From the NCBI GenBank assembly GCA_000004985.1, contig GG738859.1: a DNA stretch of 64,000 nucleotides. One strand, 5' to 3'. How positions within the stretch are numbered: the first letter of the stretch is position 1; each line of letters starts with the position of its first letter. A program made the translations under genes and the position numbers. The notes under the pieces were generated by a model. It was not told the origin of the DNA and did no database searches. It saw only the letters and a list, made by a program, of their open reading frames with translations. Below are positions 10,684-20,749 of the stretch, in pieces. The stretch is from Naegleria gruberi. Its lineage: Eukaryota.

Positions 10684-12557
10684 ATAAACCTATTTCCATA
10701 AAAAGGTTGATAAATAGCTAACTTGAATCCATATTTCAAACCACATTCTGTCAACAGTTCTGTATCTAATTGGCTACCGTTTCCATACAAAATTAACCTT
10801 TCCAAATTAACCAAGACTGTTGCAAGTTTGATAAATTCTTCATTTGATACCATACCCAATGCTAATGTTGTTAGATTCTTCAGCCCAATTACTTGTTCAA
10901 ACACATCAGTACAGCTGGTTTGTGAAATGTATAATTCTCTTAGTTTCTTGAATTGTTTCAAGTTTTTGATATAATTTAAATTATTCAAATTGGACATAGT
11001 AAGGGTATTTAACTTTTCCAATTTTTCCAATCCATCAATAGTTTCCACCTTTGTATTCGAAATATATAATTCTTGTAAGTTTATCAAATCTGAGAGTGAA
11101 CTAATGTTTGCAAAATTGTTATTAGCCAAACGTAAATCCTTCAATTTTGTCAAATGTTTTATCTCATCAATGTTATCTATTAGGTTTGATGACAATGCCA
11201 ATGTCTCTAAATTTTCTAATCTACATAAAAAACGAAATCCCATAGTTCCTATTTGGTTTCGTGATAAGTTTAAAACTCTTAATTGTTTTAATTTGGAGAT
11301 TGAATGGACAACCGTGTCAGTTAGTTTAGAGTCTTGTATGACTAGTTGAGTTAGTTTTGTTAGACTACTTAGTCCTTCCAAGTCAATTAAATTACATGAA
11401 AAACAATTAAGTGAATTCAAATTTTGTGGTAATTTACATTCAATCTCGAAATGTGTAATATTTAAATCTTGCAATTTATCTAAACTATTTAAATATCGAT
11501 AATCCATAGTTGTCAGATTATACAAGCGAATATTTAATTTCTTTAAATTAATTAAACTTGCAAAGAAATCAAAATTACAATTTCTAATATCTAATTCAGT
11601 TAGATTTGTTAGTTGAGATAAACTATTAAAATTAGCCACTTGATACTTGTACAATTGGTTGATATCAAGCTTTTTTAATTGTTTAATTTTGGAAATTAGT
11701 TCAACTTCTTTAAGCTCAGCCATTGTGTCAATCATAATTAATTCTGCTAATTTTGGTAACTTTGCAATGTACTTGATACTACTTTTATCAACAGAAGTCC
11801 AAGATAAATTTAAATGTTCTAACAATTTTAATTTCAAAATATCCTCCTTAATTTCATCAATATTTTTACAAGTTTCCAAATTTAAATGGACCAAGCTACT
11901 GAGATTATTACATATTAATTTGAGTTCTTCATTCCCTATTAGAGAATTAGCCAATTTCAACCTCTTAATATTTTTAAATTTGAATATAACTTTTAAATGT
12001 CCAATTTCAAATTTAGATTGAAAAGTTGGAACATTAATTTGTTTACTTATTAAATTAATATATTTAGTAGCAATTAATTTCCATTTCTTTGATAAGGCCA
12101 TTAACTTGAAAATAAGCTCCTGATTCAAATGTATCAATATATGATGAATAATAATATCAGTTGATAATTTTTCAATTCTAATTCTTGGTAACTTGTACGA
12201 TTGTTGTTTAATAAGATTAACCAAGTTTAAATTGGTAGGTGATTTCTTATCACTGGTCGATTTTTTAGTTCGGATGCCACTTCTGCTAGGAGAGGAAGTA
12301 GTACTCTTGCTTTTGGTGGTAGACAATAAACTCGATGAGGATTTGTTCAATAATTTAGACTTTGATGTTGTTGTAGTGGTTAGAGTAGTTTTTGTTATTG
12401 TTGTAGAGGTTGTACTTCCAATTGAGGAGGACCTGGCCCTCAAAGGAGTAGTGGCACGAGATGTCCCACCACCAGTAGTATCAGTTTTCTTGCTTGTAGA
12501 TGGGGTCCTATTCCGAGTGGTGATATTAGTACTTCTTGATGGTGAGGAGCTAAACAT
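10680..12557 (-). CDS. F-box / leucine-rich-repeat protein (FBXL-type SCF substrate adaptor) with a Ser/Thr-rich N-terminus
   Basis: F-box-like LSTDIIIHHILIHLNQELIFKLMALSKKWKLIATKYINL. About 18 LRRs of the L-x-x-L-x-L-x-x-N/C type follow (LNLETCKNIDEI.., LDIRNCNFDF.., LNLSRNQIGTMG..). True ATG at 12557. Its TAG stop (10680-10682) overlaps the VPS16 TAA (10681-10683). Confidence 0.6.
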   Translation of the reverse strand: MFSSSPSRSTNITTRNRTPSTSKKTDTTGGGTSRATTPLRARSSSIGSTTSTTITKTTLTTTTTSKSKLLNKSSSSLLSTTKSKSTTSSPSRSGIRTKKSTSDKKSPTNLNLVNLIKQQSYKLPRIRIEKLSTDIIIHHILIHLNQELIFKLMALSKKWKLIATKYINLISKQINVPTFQSKFEIGHLKVIFKFKNIKRLKLANSLIGNEELKLICNNLSSLVHLNLETCKNIDEIKEDILKLKLLEHLNLSWTSVDKSSIKYIAKLPKLAELIMIDTMAELKEVELISKIKQLKKLDINQLYKYQVANFNSLSQLTNLTELDIRNCNFDFFASLINLKKLNIRLYNLTTMDYRYLNSLDKLQDLNITHFEIECKLPQNLNSLNCFSCNLIDLEGLSSLTKLTQLVIQDSKLTDTVVHSISKLKQLRVLNLSRNQIGTMGFRFLCRLENLETLALSSNLIDNIDEIKHLTKLKDLRLANNNFANISSLSDLINLQELYISNTKVETIDGLEKLEKLNTLTMSNLNNLNYIKNLKQFKKLRELYISQTSCTDVFEQVIGLKNLTTLALGMVSNEEFIKLATVLVNLERLILYGNGSQLDTELLTECGLKYGFKLAIYQPFYGNRFI

Positions 12558-12819
12558 GATTAATCATTTTTTTGAACTTTTACTTCCCGCCACTACTTTT
12601 AATTACAATCTTACATTTTAAATGATAATTGAATATTCTATACAATCCATAGCATGTATTCAATTCATAAAAACATCATATATTCTAATAGCATTAATTA
12701 ATAATCTAAAATATAATTTATGCATAAAAATTCAAACTTGGAAAAATTTTGTGCATTAAATGTTGTAAAAATTGCAAAAAAAATATTCGTAGTAGTGGAG
12801 GCCTTTTTTCATTTTAGCG

Positions 12820-14346
12820 ATGTACAAGAAAATCATCAGCGCTTCAACGAAGACCCTTTCTTCTTCGGTTACAGCCCAACAATCATCATTAAATACCAAC
12901 ACATCATCTTTGGTTATTTCAACAACATTAACACAAAAGAGATATAAAAAGTCTTCAAAGGACCAAAAATCAAAGGATGCCAAGTGGATGAGACAAGCTG
13001 GTGTCTTTAGGTACAAGAAACCAAAGTATCAATTACAAAAGATGAACATTGATAACTTCCCTGTATACAACACTTCTTTCGCTGCTACCGACGAATTGAG
13101 AGAAACATATCAATGGTTAGGAACACTCTACAATGATGAAAAACTCATAAAAGAAGGTATTACCGAATTAAAACCATTGTCAGAAAATTCCTTTGCCAAG
13201 TTTGCAAAGAGCCATACTTTCGAAGAAGTAGCAAATATGACTGCTGGTGATATTGAAAAACAACTTGACAATCCTTCTTGGGACGCTTTTGAATTCCACC
13301 TTTCCCTTGATGCTGATCAACAAGATGATTTGGCTTTCAATTTGTCCAATACATTATTACCATCATTAATCGCTACACCAAGAGAAACATTGCTTCCTCA
13401 TGTCTCTGATATGGAACCAGATTTTACAAATGACTTTTCTAAATTACCTAAAAACCCAGCCGATAGAAAAGTTGTTGAAGGACGACTTGTAACAAATGAA
13501 TACTTGAAGCAAATTCACGAACGTTTCGGACAAGAAGGTGATTCTCCAGAGGATACTTTCTCCACTTTGTGTTTATATGAAGAAGCACTTTCATATGAAC
13601 AATCAGAATATAATCACGAAAAGGAATTGGCTGAAAAGGTCAGAGAACAAGATTTTGTTCTTAAACATGTTTCCAAGGCTGATTTGGGTAGAATGTTTGA
13701 ACTTCACAAGAAGGATCCTGCCTATTGGACTGGTGAAAAGTTGGCACTTGAATTCGGAATAACTCGTGAACAAGCTTGGTCTTCTTTGATTTTACAAGAA
13801 TGGCAAGAAGCTGAAGAAACTGGCAAACCATTCAGATATGATAAGGCTAAGATTGTTTTCAATGACGAAATCAGAAAGGCTACTAAGAGAGAAAAGGAAG
13901 AATCCATGCCAAATGAAGTTACTAAGATTTTGACTAAACAAATTACTGAAGAAGAAGCATATAGACGATTTTTGGAAGAATCATCGAAACCAATTGAAAC
14001 TGCCTCAGATGATAATTTACCAGATTATATCAAATATCCATTCCAAGAACCTGTTGTTGGTGAACAAGAACAAAAACAAGTCAAGATTATTGATAAGGAA
14101 GTTGAAAATAATACTGGATTCGGTTCTGATGTTGCAAGATACAAGTTATATGTTGCTGAAATGAAGAAGAAGTTTGAAAATGAAAGTGATAGAAGATTCA
14201 TGGTTTCTGAAGAAGATGGTTCATTAAGAACAATGTCACAATCTGAACTTGCTTTCATGCATCGTCATGGTACATTCCCTAAGACTAGAGAAGGTCTTGG
14301 TGGTAAGGAAAAGAGAAAGAACGAAAGAAGAAAGAGAAGATTCTAA
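12820..14346 (+). CDS. Hypothetical protein with a mitochondrial-presequence-like N-terminus and a basic C-terminal tail
   Basis: The N-terminus MYKKIISASTKTLSSSVTAQQSS.. is rich in Ser/Thr/basic residues and lacks acidic residues. C-terminus ...GGKEKRKNERRKRRF. No confident family match. A mitochondrial ribosomal protein is possible but unsupported. Confidence 0.4.
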   Translation: MYKKIISASTKTLSSSVTAQQSSLNTNTSSLVISTTLTQKRYKKSSKDQKSKDAKWMRQAGVFRYKKPKYQLQKMNIDNFPVYNTSFAATDELRETYQWLGTLYNDEKLIKEGITELKPLSENSFAKFAKSHTFEEVANMTAGDIEKQLDNPSWDAFEFHLSLDADQQDDLAFNLSNTLLPSLIATPRETLLPHVSDMEPDFTNDFSKLPKNPADRKVVEGRLVTNEYLKQIHERFGQEGDSPEDTFSTLCLYEEALSYEQSEYNHEKELAEKVREQDFVLKHVSKADLGRMFELHKKDPAYWTGEKLALEFGITREQAWSSLILQEWQEAEETGKPFRYDKAKIVFNDEIRKATKREKEESMPNEVTKILTKQITEEEAYRRFLEESSKPIETASDDNLPDYIKYPFQEPVVGEQEQKQVKIIDKEVENNTGFGSDVARYKLYVAEMKKKFENESDRRFMVSEEDGSLRTMSQSELAFMHRHGTFPKTREGLGGKEKRKNERRKRRF

Positions 14347-14833
14347 GTTTATTAACAAAGATATATTATAGTTATAAAAAAAATATTTGCTTTTTGAAAT
14401 GTTTACCTTTACTTGAAAATTGTTACTGCACAATAGAGAACTCATTATTAAGATTCAAGATGAGAAAATTTATAATTCAATTTAATGCTTCCGAGGTTTG
14501 TTGATTGACTGAATCAGTAAACTGTAAAATTCAATTATGAACGCGAAACAATAGAAAGTCCACACGATGCAATTGCTACCGAAAGAACAATAGGCTTGGA
14601 AATTACAAAAAAAAGCTAAAAATATGCTATCGGGATCCAGCAAGGATGAAGATGTTGTGATGAAGGAAGCCACTAGTTCTTCTTCCGTGATTCATAAACT
14701 CTTGGTTGGAGAGGATCAAATCAAACACTTGTTGTCTATTGGATTATTTGGTAATAGAAGTCTATTCAAAATGATGGTTCATGCGTAAGTTTTAAAGCCT
14801 TCTTTGCATAGGCTTCAACAACATCATCATACA

Positions 14834-17068
14834 ATGATCAAAAGTTATTTTCATCAATCAATGAATGGATGTCTTTTACATGATTGTACAAACTCTTACT
14901 GTAAACGAAATACTCCTCTTAATGATACGGAGGCAGCCAAACTTTCTGTTGAATATGCAAAGAAAGCCTTCGACAAGACAAATCCACAATTCTTTTTATG
15001 TAATACTATTAATCCTGTTCTTCCTCACTTTTCTCCAACACTCGGTATGTTTTTATTAAAGGCTTTCATCATCTAATATTGAAAGATTTATGTGTTCAGG
15101 AGGAATGCATTAGAATGATAATGGATGATGCTATTAAAACTAGTGACTATTCAATACTTTTGGAAATCATCAAGAGAGTATTTTGTAATGATGCTTCACT
15201 TTCTTATAGTTTTCAAACTCGTGATTCGTTCACTAAACAAGCAAATTATACTCTAGATAATGATTCAGTACAACGTGTTTACAAACTTATTATGAACTCT
15301 GTAAGTATTACTACTTTCTTTTTATTAATTATAGAAATTAGAGAAATGATGTGGTTATTAATTGTCTTGCTTCTTCGATCGATGAACTCGGAAAGAGATT
15401 TTATAATCATATTGAAAGAGTATCAAATGTAAATTTCATAATTACACTCCTTCAGTGTCCTCTAATGATGGAACCATCATCTCACAAATCACTTTCTCAT
15501 CTAATGCAAGGTATTCTCAAACTTCCAGCAAATTTACTTAAAAGATTGAAGGAGCTATTGGCACTAACACCTAAAGAAATATTGTCAGGATTTATCAACA
15601 TTTTCCAACAATTTATCACAGTTCAATTATATTCGAGAGGGTACATTGATGAAGAAATTTCCTATGCCACTAAAGTTTTGGGAATTATCAGTAAGTATGA
15701 AGATCAATATATTCTAACACGATCAATTTATCAGATACTTCAAATGAATTAAAGCCATTCAATCAAAAGGTTGACTATAGGGAATTTTATAATGATGCTG
15801 TTAATAATATTGTGGATATCAAGGAGGATTATGTTCGTTGGATTAAAGCTCTCAAGACACAGGATAAGGGATTTGATTGTTTTAACTTTTGTGAATATCC
15901 ATATGTTATTGACCCTAATTTTAAGAGTAAGATTTTACAATTGGATGCTGAAATTCAACAAAACAAGGAGCTCCGTAATGCCTTTATTTCTTCACTATTC
16001 AGACAACCAACATCTTTGTTTTGTATCCTTAAAGTTGATAGACATAATTTACTTCAAACAGCTCTCAATGAAATTATGAATAGAGCTGATGATTTGAAGA
16101 AACAATTGCGTGTCAAATTCATTGGAGAGGAAGGTATCGATGAGGGTGGTGTCAGAAAGGAATTTTTCCAACTTGTTCTCAAAGAAATTTTCGATGTCAA
16201 TTACGGCATGTTTGTCTATGATGAACAGCAAAGAACATTTTGGTTTAATATGAATTCCTTTGAGACCGAAGATAATTTCAAGCTTATTGGTATTGTTATC
16301 GGTTTGGCAATCTACAATAGTATTATTTTGGACATTCACTTCCCTCGAATTGTCTATAAGAAAATGCTGGGATTGAAACCTAACCTTGAAGATCTCAAAG
16401 AGACATTCCCAGATTTGGGCAGAGGTATGCAACAATTGCTAGAATTTGATGGTGATGTTGAGGATGTATTTTGCCGAACATTCCAACTTGAAACTGATGT
16501 CTTTGGTCAAATTGTTACTCATGACTTGAAGCCAAATGGTGGTGATATTCCAGTAACAAATCAAAACAGAGAAGAATATGTCCAATTGTTTATTGAATGG
16601 AAACTTGAAAAATCAATTCGAACACAATTTAATTCATTCATTGAAGGATTCAAGATGGTCTGCAGTGATCAAACAATTTTGGATTTGTTCAGAGCTGAAG
16701 AACTTGAATTGTTAATTTGTGGTAGCCCAGTTTTGGACTTTGAAGCTTTGGAACGTACTACCAAGTATGCAGATGGTTATGATAAAGATCATCCACTTAT
16801 TAAGGATTTCTGGGATATTGTCCACCACTTTAGTGAAGAAGACAAGAAGAAATTCCTCATGTTTTGTACAGGAAGTGACAGAGTGCCAATTAAAGGATTG
16901 GGTGAATTAGGTTTTGTTATTGTAAAGAATGGTGATGATGATAGAAGATTACCAACAGCTCACACTTGTTTCAACCACTTGCTGCTACCAAAGTATTCCA
17001 CAAAGGAAAATATGAAAGAAAGATTATTGTCAGCCATCAATAATTGTATGGGCTTTGGATTGCAATAA
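14834..17068 (+). CDS. HECT E3 ubiquitin ligase, UBE3A/E6AP-like, with an N-terminal AZUL zinc finger. Four exons: 14834..15044, 15086..15300, 15342..15690, 15735..17068.
   Basis: N-terminus MIKSYFHQSMNGCLLHDCTNSYCKRNTPLNDTEAAKLSVEYAKK matches the human E6AP AZUL region [47 protein letters not shown]. Exon 2 ECIRMIMDDAIKTSDYSILLEIIKRVFCNDASLSYSF matches [37 protein letters not shown]. Exon 3 ..FQQFITVQL.. matches ..FQQLITYKV... HECT domain: LRVKFIGEEGIDEGGVRKEFFQLVLKEIFDVNYGMFVYDEQ..(E6AP [41 protein letters not shown]) through to ..RLPTAHTCFNHLLLPKYSTKENMKERLLSAINNCMGFGLQ*. Introns are 41, 41 and 44 nt (GTATGT/GTAAGT donors); phases verified. A possible extra upstream coding exon is discussed in the findings. 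Confidence 0.8.
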
Positions 17069-17136
17069 ACATTATTTATTCTAGCTTATAACGTTCAGAC
17101 ATAAATGAATCAATTTTCTGTTGGCACTTTATTATT

Positions 17137-18474
17137 TCATTCACCCTCTACTTGCTTTACCATTTGGGAATCATAGCAATACAATCTACATAGTGATTGA
17201 AGAGAAATAGATTGTCTGCAAATTGGGCATTTTGGTTCCTTACTATTCGAAACGCATTCAGTAATGCAATCCCAACAATATAAATGTCCACACATAGTAG
17301 CTGTTGTCTTGACTCGTCGTTCCAAACAAAGACAACATTTAAATTCAGTTTCAGTTCTTCCATCAATATATTCCTCAATATACGAAACACCATCAAGAGT
17401 TATTGATTCATTATTGTCACATTTTTTTTCCTCCTTCTTTTTTGAGATATGCTGCACAACGGCAGATTTAATAAATAAGAATGCAGAAATAACCTGTTGT
17501 ATCATTATCAGGAGTGAGAGCAAGAAAAAGTTTGGTCTCTTATAGGAATCTCCATCTGTTTTACCAGTATAAATCTGAAAAATTTGAAAATTAATTATTC
17601 CACTAAAGATAAAGTAACTTACATATCGAATGCCTGCTAACCTTTTAGACACTTGCAAGAATTTTCCATTGATATAGAACGAGACTAAATTGAATCTTAA
17701 AATAAATTGGACAAACTCTTTCAACATGCTAATGTAATATCTCATATTTTCAGAGATACCATTAGGACTAAAATAATGGCTCAACCAATGACTTGTACCT
17801 CTATCGAACAAATAAGGAACAATTAATTCATATAATACAAATAATAATCTCGTAGAGGATGTTGATTTGACTATATATAAAGTTTTTGGAGAGAATTTGT
17901 TAGAATTTGTTGAATTAACCTGTTGTGGTGGTTTGGTTTTTTCTTTGAGTTGCACCTGAAGTAAATCACAATATTCCTCTCCCAATGTTGATTGTCCTGT
18001 ACAAGTAGTGGTTCCATAATAAATTAAATTACAAACGAGTTGAATTTCTCTTTCAAATCTAATGGTAAAACGTTGTCCAAAAAACCAATTACACAACTCT
18101 TTTAAATTATTGAACATTACATGATTACTGTAAAATTCATCCTTCTGTAAAGATCTCACAATATCAGGCTGTCCCGAAAATGGAAATCCAAAAGTTAATA
18201 TTCTCGTTGGATAATTAAATGTATTTTGATTTCTAGATGCTGTTGATTCATTATTCCGATTATTACTACTATTTGTATTAGATGATCTATTCTTTGACTT
18301 TCTCTCTGCACTTGTTCCATTACTCCTCTCCGAAGAAGAAGATCCAGCACTATTTATCGATGATTGTGCCAATCCTCCTTCATTATTCCGATTATTTGAT
18401 GTTGCTCCACCACTCAAGTTATTTCTTTGATTCGATGAAGAGGATGATGGCACTGATTGTATTGTTTGTTGCAT
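17137..18474 (-). CDS. PEX10: Peroxin PEX10 (RING-finger peroxisomal import ubiquitin ligase). Two exons: join(17137..17573,17622..18474).
   Basis: Pex2/Pex10/Pex12 N-terminal region: ..PDIVRSLQKDEFY..LIYYGTTTCTGQSTLGEEYCDLLQV matches human PEX10 [36 protein letters not shown]. C-terminal C3HC4 RING: CCLCLERRVKTTATMCGHLYCWDCITEC....CPICRQ. A canonical 48-nt intron (GTAAGTTACTTT...ATTTTTCAG; forward 17574..17621) lies in frame inside the ORF. Its 16 spurious residues are VSYFIFSGIINFQIFQ. ATG at 18474. Confidence 0.75.
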   Translation of the reverse strand: MQQTIQSVPSSSSSNQRNNLSGGATSNNRNNEGGLAQSSINSAGSSSSERSNGTSAERKSKNRSSNTNSSNNRNNESTASRNQNTFNYPTRILTFGFPFSGQPDIVRSLQKDEFYSNHVMFNNLKELCNWFFGQRFTIRFEREIQLVCNLIYYGTTTCTGQSTLGEEYCDLLQVQLKEKTKPPQQVNSTNSNKFSPKTLYIVKSTSSTRLLFVLYELIVPYLFDRGTSHWLSHYFSPNGISENMRYYISMLKEFVQFILRFNLVSFYINGKFLQVSKRLAGIRYVSYFIFSGIINFQIFQIYTGKTDGDSYKRPNFFLLSLLIMIQQVISAFLFIKSAVVQHISKKKEEKKCDNNESITLDGVSYIEEYIDGRTETEFKCCLCLERRVKTTATMCGHLYCWDCITECVSNSKEPKCPICRQSISLQSLCRLYCYDSQMVKQVEGE

Positions 18475-18643
18475 TTTTTTCTAATTAATTAGCAAAGACC
18501 TTTGCATTAAATAGAAGCAACAATCAATGATATTAGAGAATTAATGATAAAATCAATAATGCAACAATGAAGAATAAGATTTTGATCATTACTTTAATAT
18601 ATTTTGAAAAGAAGAATAAATTTCAAGAAGACAATTTAGAAAA

Positions 18644-19411
18644 ATGAGTGGACGAGGAGTTGCCTTTGAGGATGAGGATCGTGGTGTTGGTATTGGTACA
18701 AATTCTCTGTTGGATAATTATTCTTCTTCATCGATGGGAGTCGGAAATGATGATAATCAATTGATGAATGAACAACAACAACAACAACAGGAAAATAATT
18801 ATTCAAATGTTGGCAATAACGCGAAAAGTTTTCTAGGCTCTGATGAAGATGATGATGACGGATTTTATGATAGTTTATTCTATGAAGATATTGAATCAAG
18901 ATTGTGGGAGAATGATTCGTCCTATCTGATTGCTGTCTCTCCCAAGATTTTCGAGAATAGTCGAATAAGAATGAAAGTCATCTTGGGATATAGAGTACAA
19001 TCTGTGGTTCATGCTCTTCCGAGTCCAAACTCTATGGATGGCAGTGCAGTGGCTGGTCATTTGCTTCCCTATGATAGATATAATAGAAGGAGACTCTATC
19101 AATCCTACTATAATAGAGATAGAATTGAGAGGATGAGTCCAGAGGAATTTAATCAACTTCCCGAATATCAACAAAGAAGGATACTCAAGGAGAGATTTCT
19201 CAATAAGAGAATGGAACAGAGAAGAGGATTGAAGGATTCACTTAGTGAGAATATGTATGGTCCATCATCATCGTCGAATGGTAATTATTCAAATTCATCC
19301 CTGGGTAATTTCATGTATTGGGCTACTAGGAATTTGGATCAATTGGGATGGAAAAGTTTATTGGGTGTTGTTGCCTTTGTATTTGGATTGTATAGGACTG
19401 TTTCACCTTGA
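18644..19411 (+). CDS. Hypothetical protein with a C-terminal transmembrane segment and poly-Q/N tracts
   Basis: ATG at 18644 (aaaaATGagt). Contains a (CAA)n-encoded Q run. Single hydrophobic segment LLGVVAFVFGLYRTV at the C-terminus, suggesting a tail-anchored topology. No family match. Confidence 0.4.
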   Translation: MSGRGVAFEDEDRGVGIGTNSLLDNYSSSSMGVGNDDNQLMNEQQQQQQENNYSNVGNNAKSFLGSDEDDDDGFYDSLFYEDIESRLWENDSSYLIAVSPKIFENSRIRMKVILGYRVQSVVHALPSPNSMDGSAVAGHLLPYDRYNRRRLYQSYYNRDRIERMSPEEFNQLPEYQQRRILKERFLNKRMEQRRGLKDSLSENMYGPSSSSNGNYSNSSLGNFMYWATRNLDQLGWKSLLGVVAFVFGLYRTVSP

Positions 19412-19523
19412 TGCAGATCACATTTTGGAAATTCTCAAAATCATCTCAATAGAAATATAACTGAGAGTGATTAATTGGATTTAAGCAATCTGAGATACAA
19501 TCAAATCAGATTGTGAATTACTT

Positions 19524-20630
19524 TTATTCGTCAAGTAATTCAATAGTACTGCCACCATCACAAAGGCAGAATGCAGGACATAGTATAGGAGCATGTGGAA
19601 TATCCTTAAAAGCAATACCATAATTAGTTCCATTTACAATGAATGAAATATTTCCATCTTTTAATTCACATTCAATAATGGACCCATCAATAATACGTGA
19701 ATTTACATATACATCTCTACCATCACGTCTTTGAGAATATAAATTACCATTAGCACAATATAAATAATAGCCACATTTCGAGAAACTATGGTCTAAATCT
19801 AAAGATTTAGGAGCAAAACCTATCATTGCATCCTGACACGAACATATAAGCTTAACTTTGAATGAATTTGTTGGTGTTTGCATTGCTAAAACACATGAAT
19901 CAAAATTACAGCTTTTTCCAAGTTTTCTAGCTATTGTTGGAGAATCTAATTGAATTTTAGATGAACAGTATTCCTTATCAAATTGCACATAATCCAAATA
20001 ATCAATTCCATCATATTTTGATTTTAATAATTTAATTCCCCTTCTTGGCAATATATCAAATATAGGTGTAATTTGATAAAATACAACTTCTTCAATAAAA
20101 TTATCCAAATCATTATTACTTAGATTTTCAATCTTTTGTTTGATGTCAATTCCTCTCAAATAGTTCAATACTAATTGAAAATGCTCACTCGGTCTATCAA
20201 TAAAATAAGCAATATCATATAGAGAATTGTTATTAGAAAGTGGAACAATAATTGGATCGAAATGATTATTAAAATAACCAGTAAAAAAGGTGTCATTCAC
20301 ACTTTTCAATGTTGCTAAACTGGTTGTAAATATTTTCCCACCAATATTTAAATTAACAACTTGTTGATCATTATCAAGACTTGGACGTCCAGATAATTCA
20401 CTAAATAACTGCCTAATCCTTCTTTCCTCCTCTTTTAATAATTCTTCTTGTTTGATTAGTTTGGCTTCTCTTTCGGAGAGTTGTTGCTCTTTTACTTCCA
20501 ATAATTGTTGTAATTGTGAAAGACTTTCCAATTGTTGTTGATCGATCAATAGTGGTGGAGTATTGTTGGCATTCTCTTCTTCTACTTTTTCAGAATTGGA
20601 AGGCCATAGAAAGTTCAATAATCTAAACAT
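19524..20630 (-). CDS. BTB/POZ (T1-type, KCTD-like) domain protein with an N-terminal coiled coil
   Basis: VVNLNIGGKIFTTSLATLKSVNDTFFTGYF....LYDIAYFIDRPSEHFQLVLNYLR matches the KCTD/T1 BTB signature (V-x-LNVGG-x-x-F-x-T-x-x-TL...FFIDRDG..F..IL.YLR). True ATG at 20630 (aaaaaaaATGttt). Confidence 0.6.
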   Translation of the reverse strand: MFRLLNFLWPSNSEKVEEENANNTPPLLIDQQQLESLSQLQQLLEVKEQQLSEREAKLIKQEELLKEEERRIRQLFSELSGRPSLDNDQQVVNLNIGGKIFTTSLATLKSVNDTFFTGYFNNHFDPIIVPLSNNNSLYDIAYFIDRPSEHFQLVLNYLRGIDIKQKIENLSNNDLDNFIEEVVFYQITPIFDILPRRGIKLLKSKYDGIDYLDYVQFDKEYCSSKIQLDSPTIARKLGKSCNFDSCVLAMQTPTNSFKVKLICSCQDAMIGFAPKSLDLDHSFSKCGYYLYCANGNLYSQRRDGRDVYVNSRIIDGSIIECELKDGNISFIVNGTNYGIAFKDIPHAPILCPAFCLCDGGSTIELLDE

Positions 20631-20749
20631 TTTTTTTTTAATATTATTTAACTTATTGTAATGAATATATTAATATTGCTATTATCAATTTTGTATTATA
20701 TTTTTACAATGGAAATTATTAAACCTATCATCCTTAACAATCAAAAAAA

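Noticed and set aside
14804-15076. 90-aa ORF starting with M at 14804.
   Set aside because: The start is a TTG. The true N-terminus of the UBE3A-like gene is the ATG at 14834, and the ORF tail (..GMFLLKAFII) is intron read-through past the GTATGT donor at 15045.
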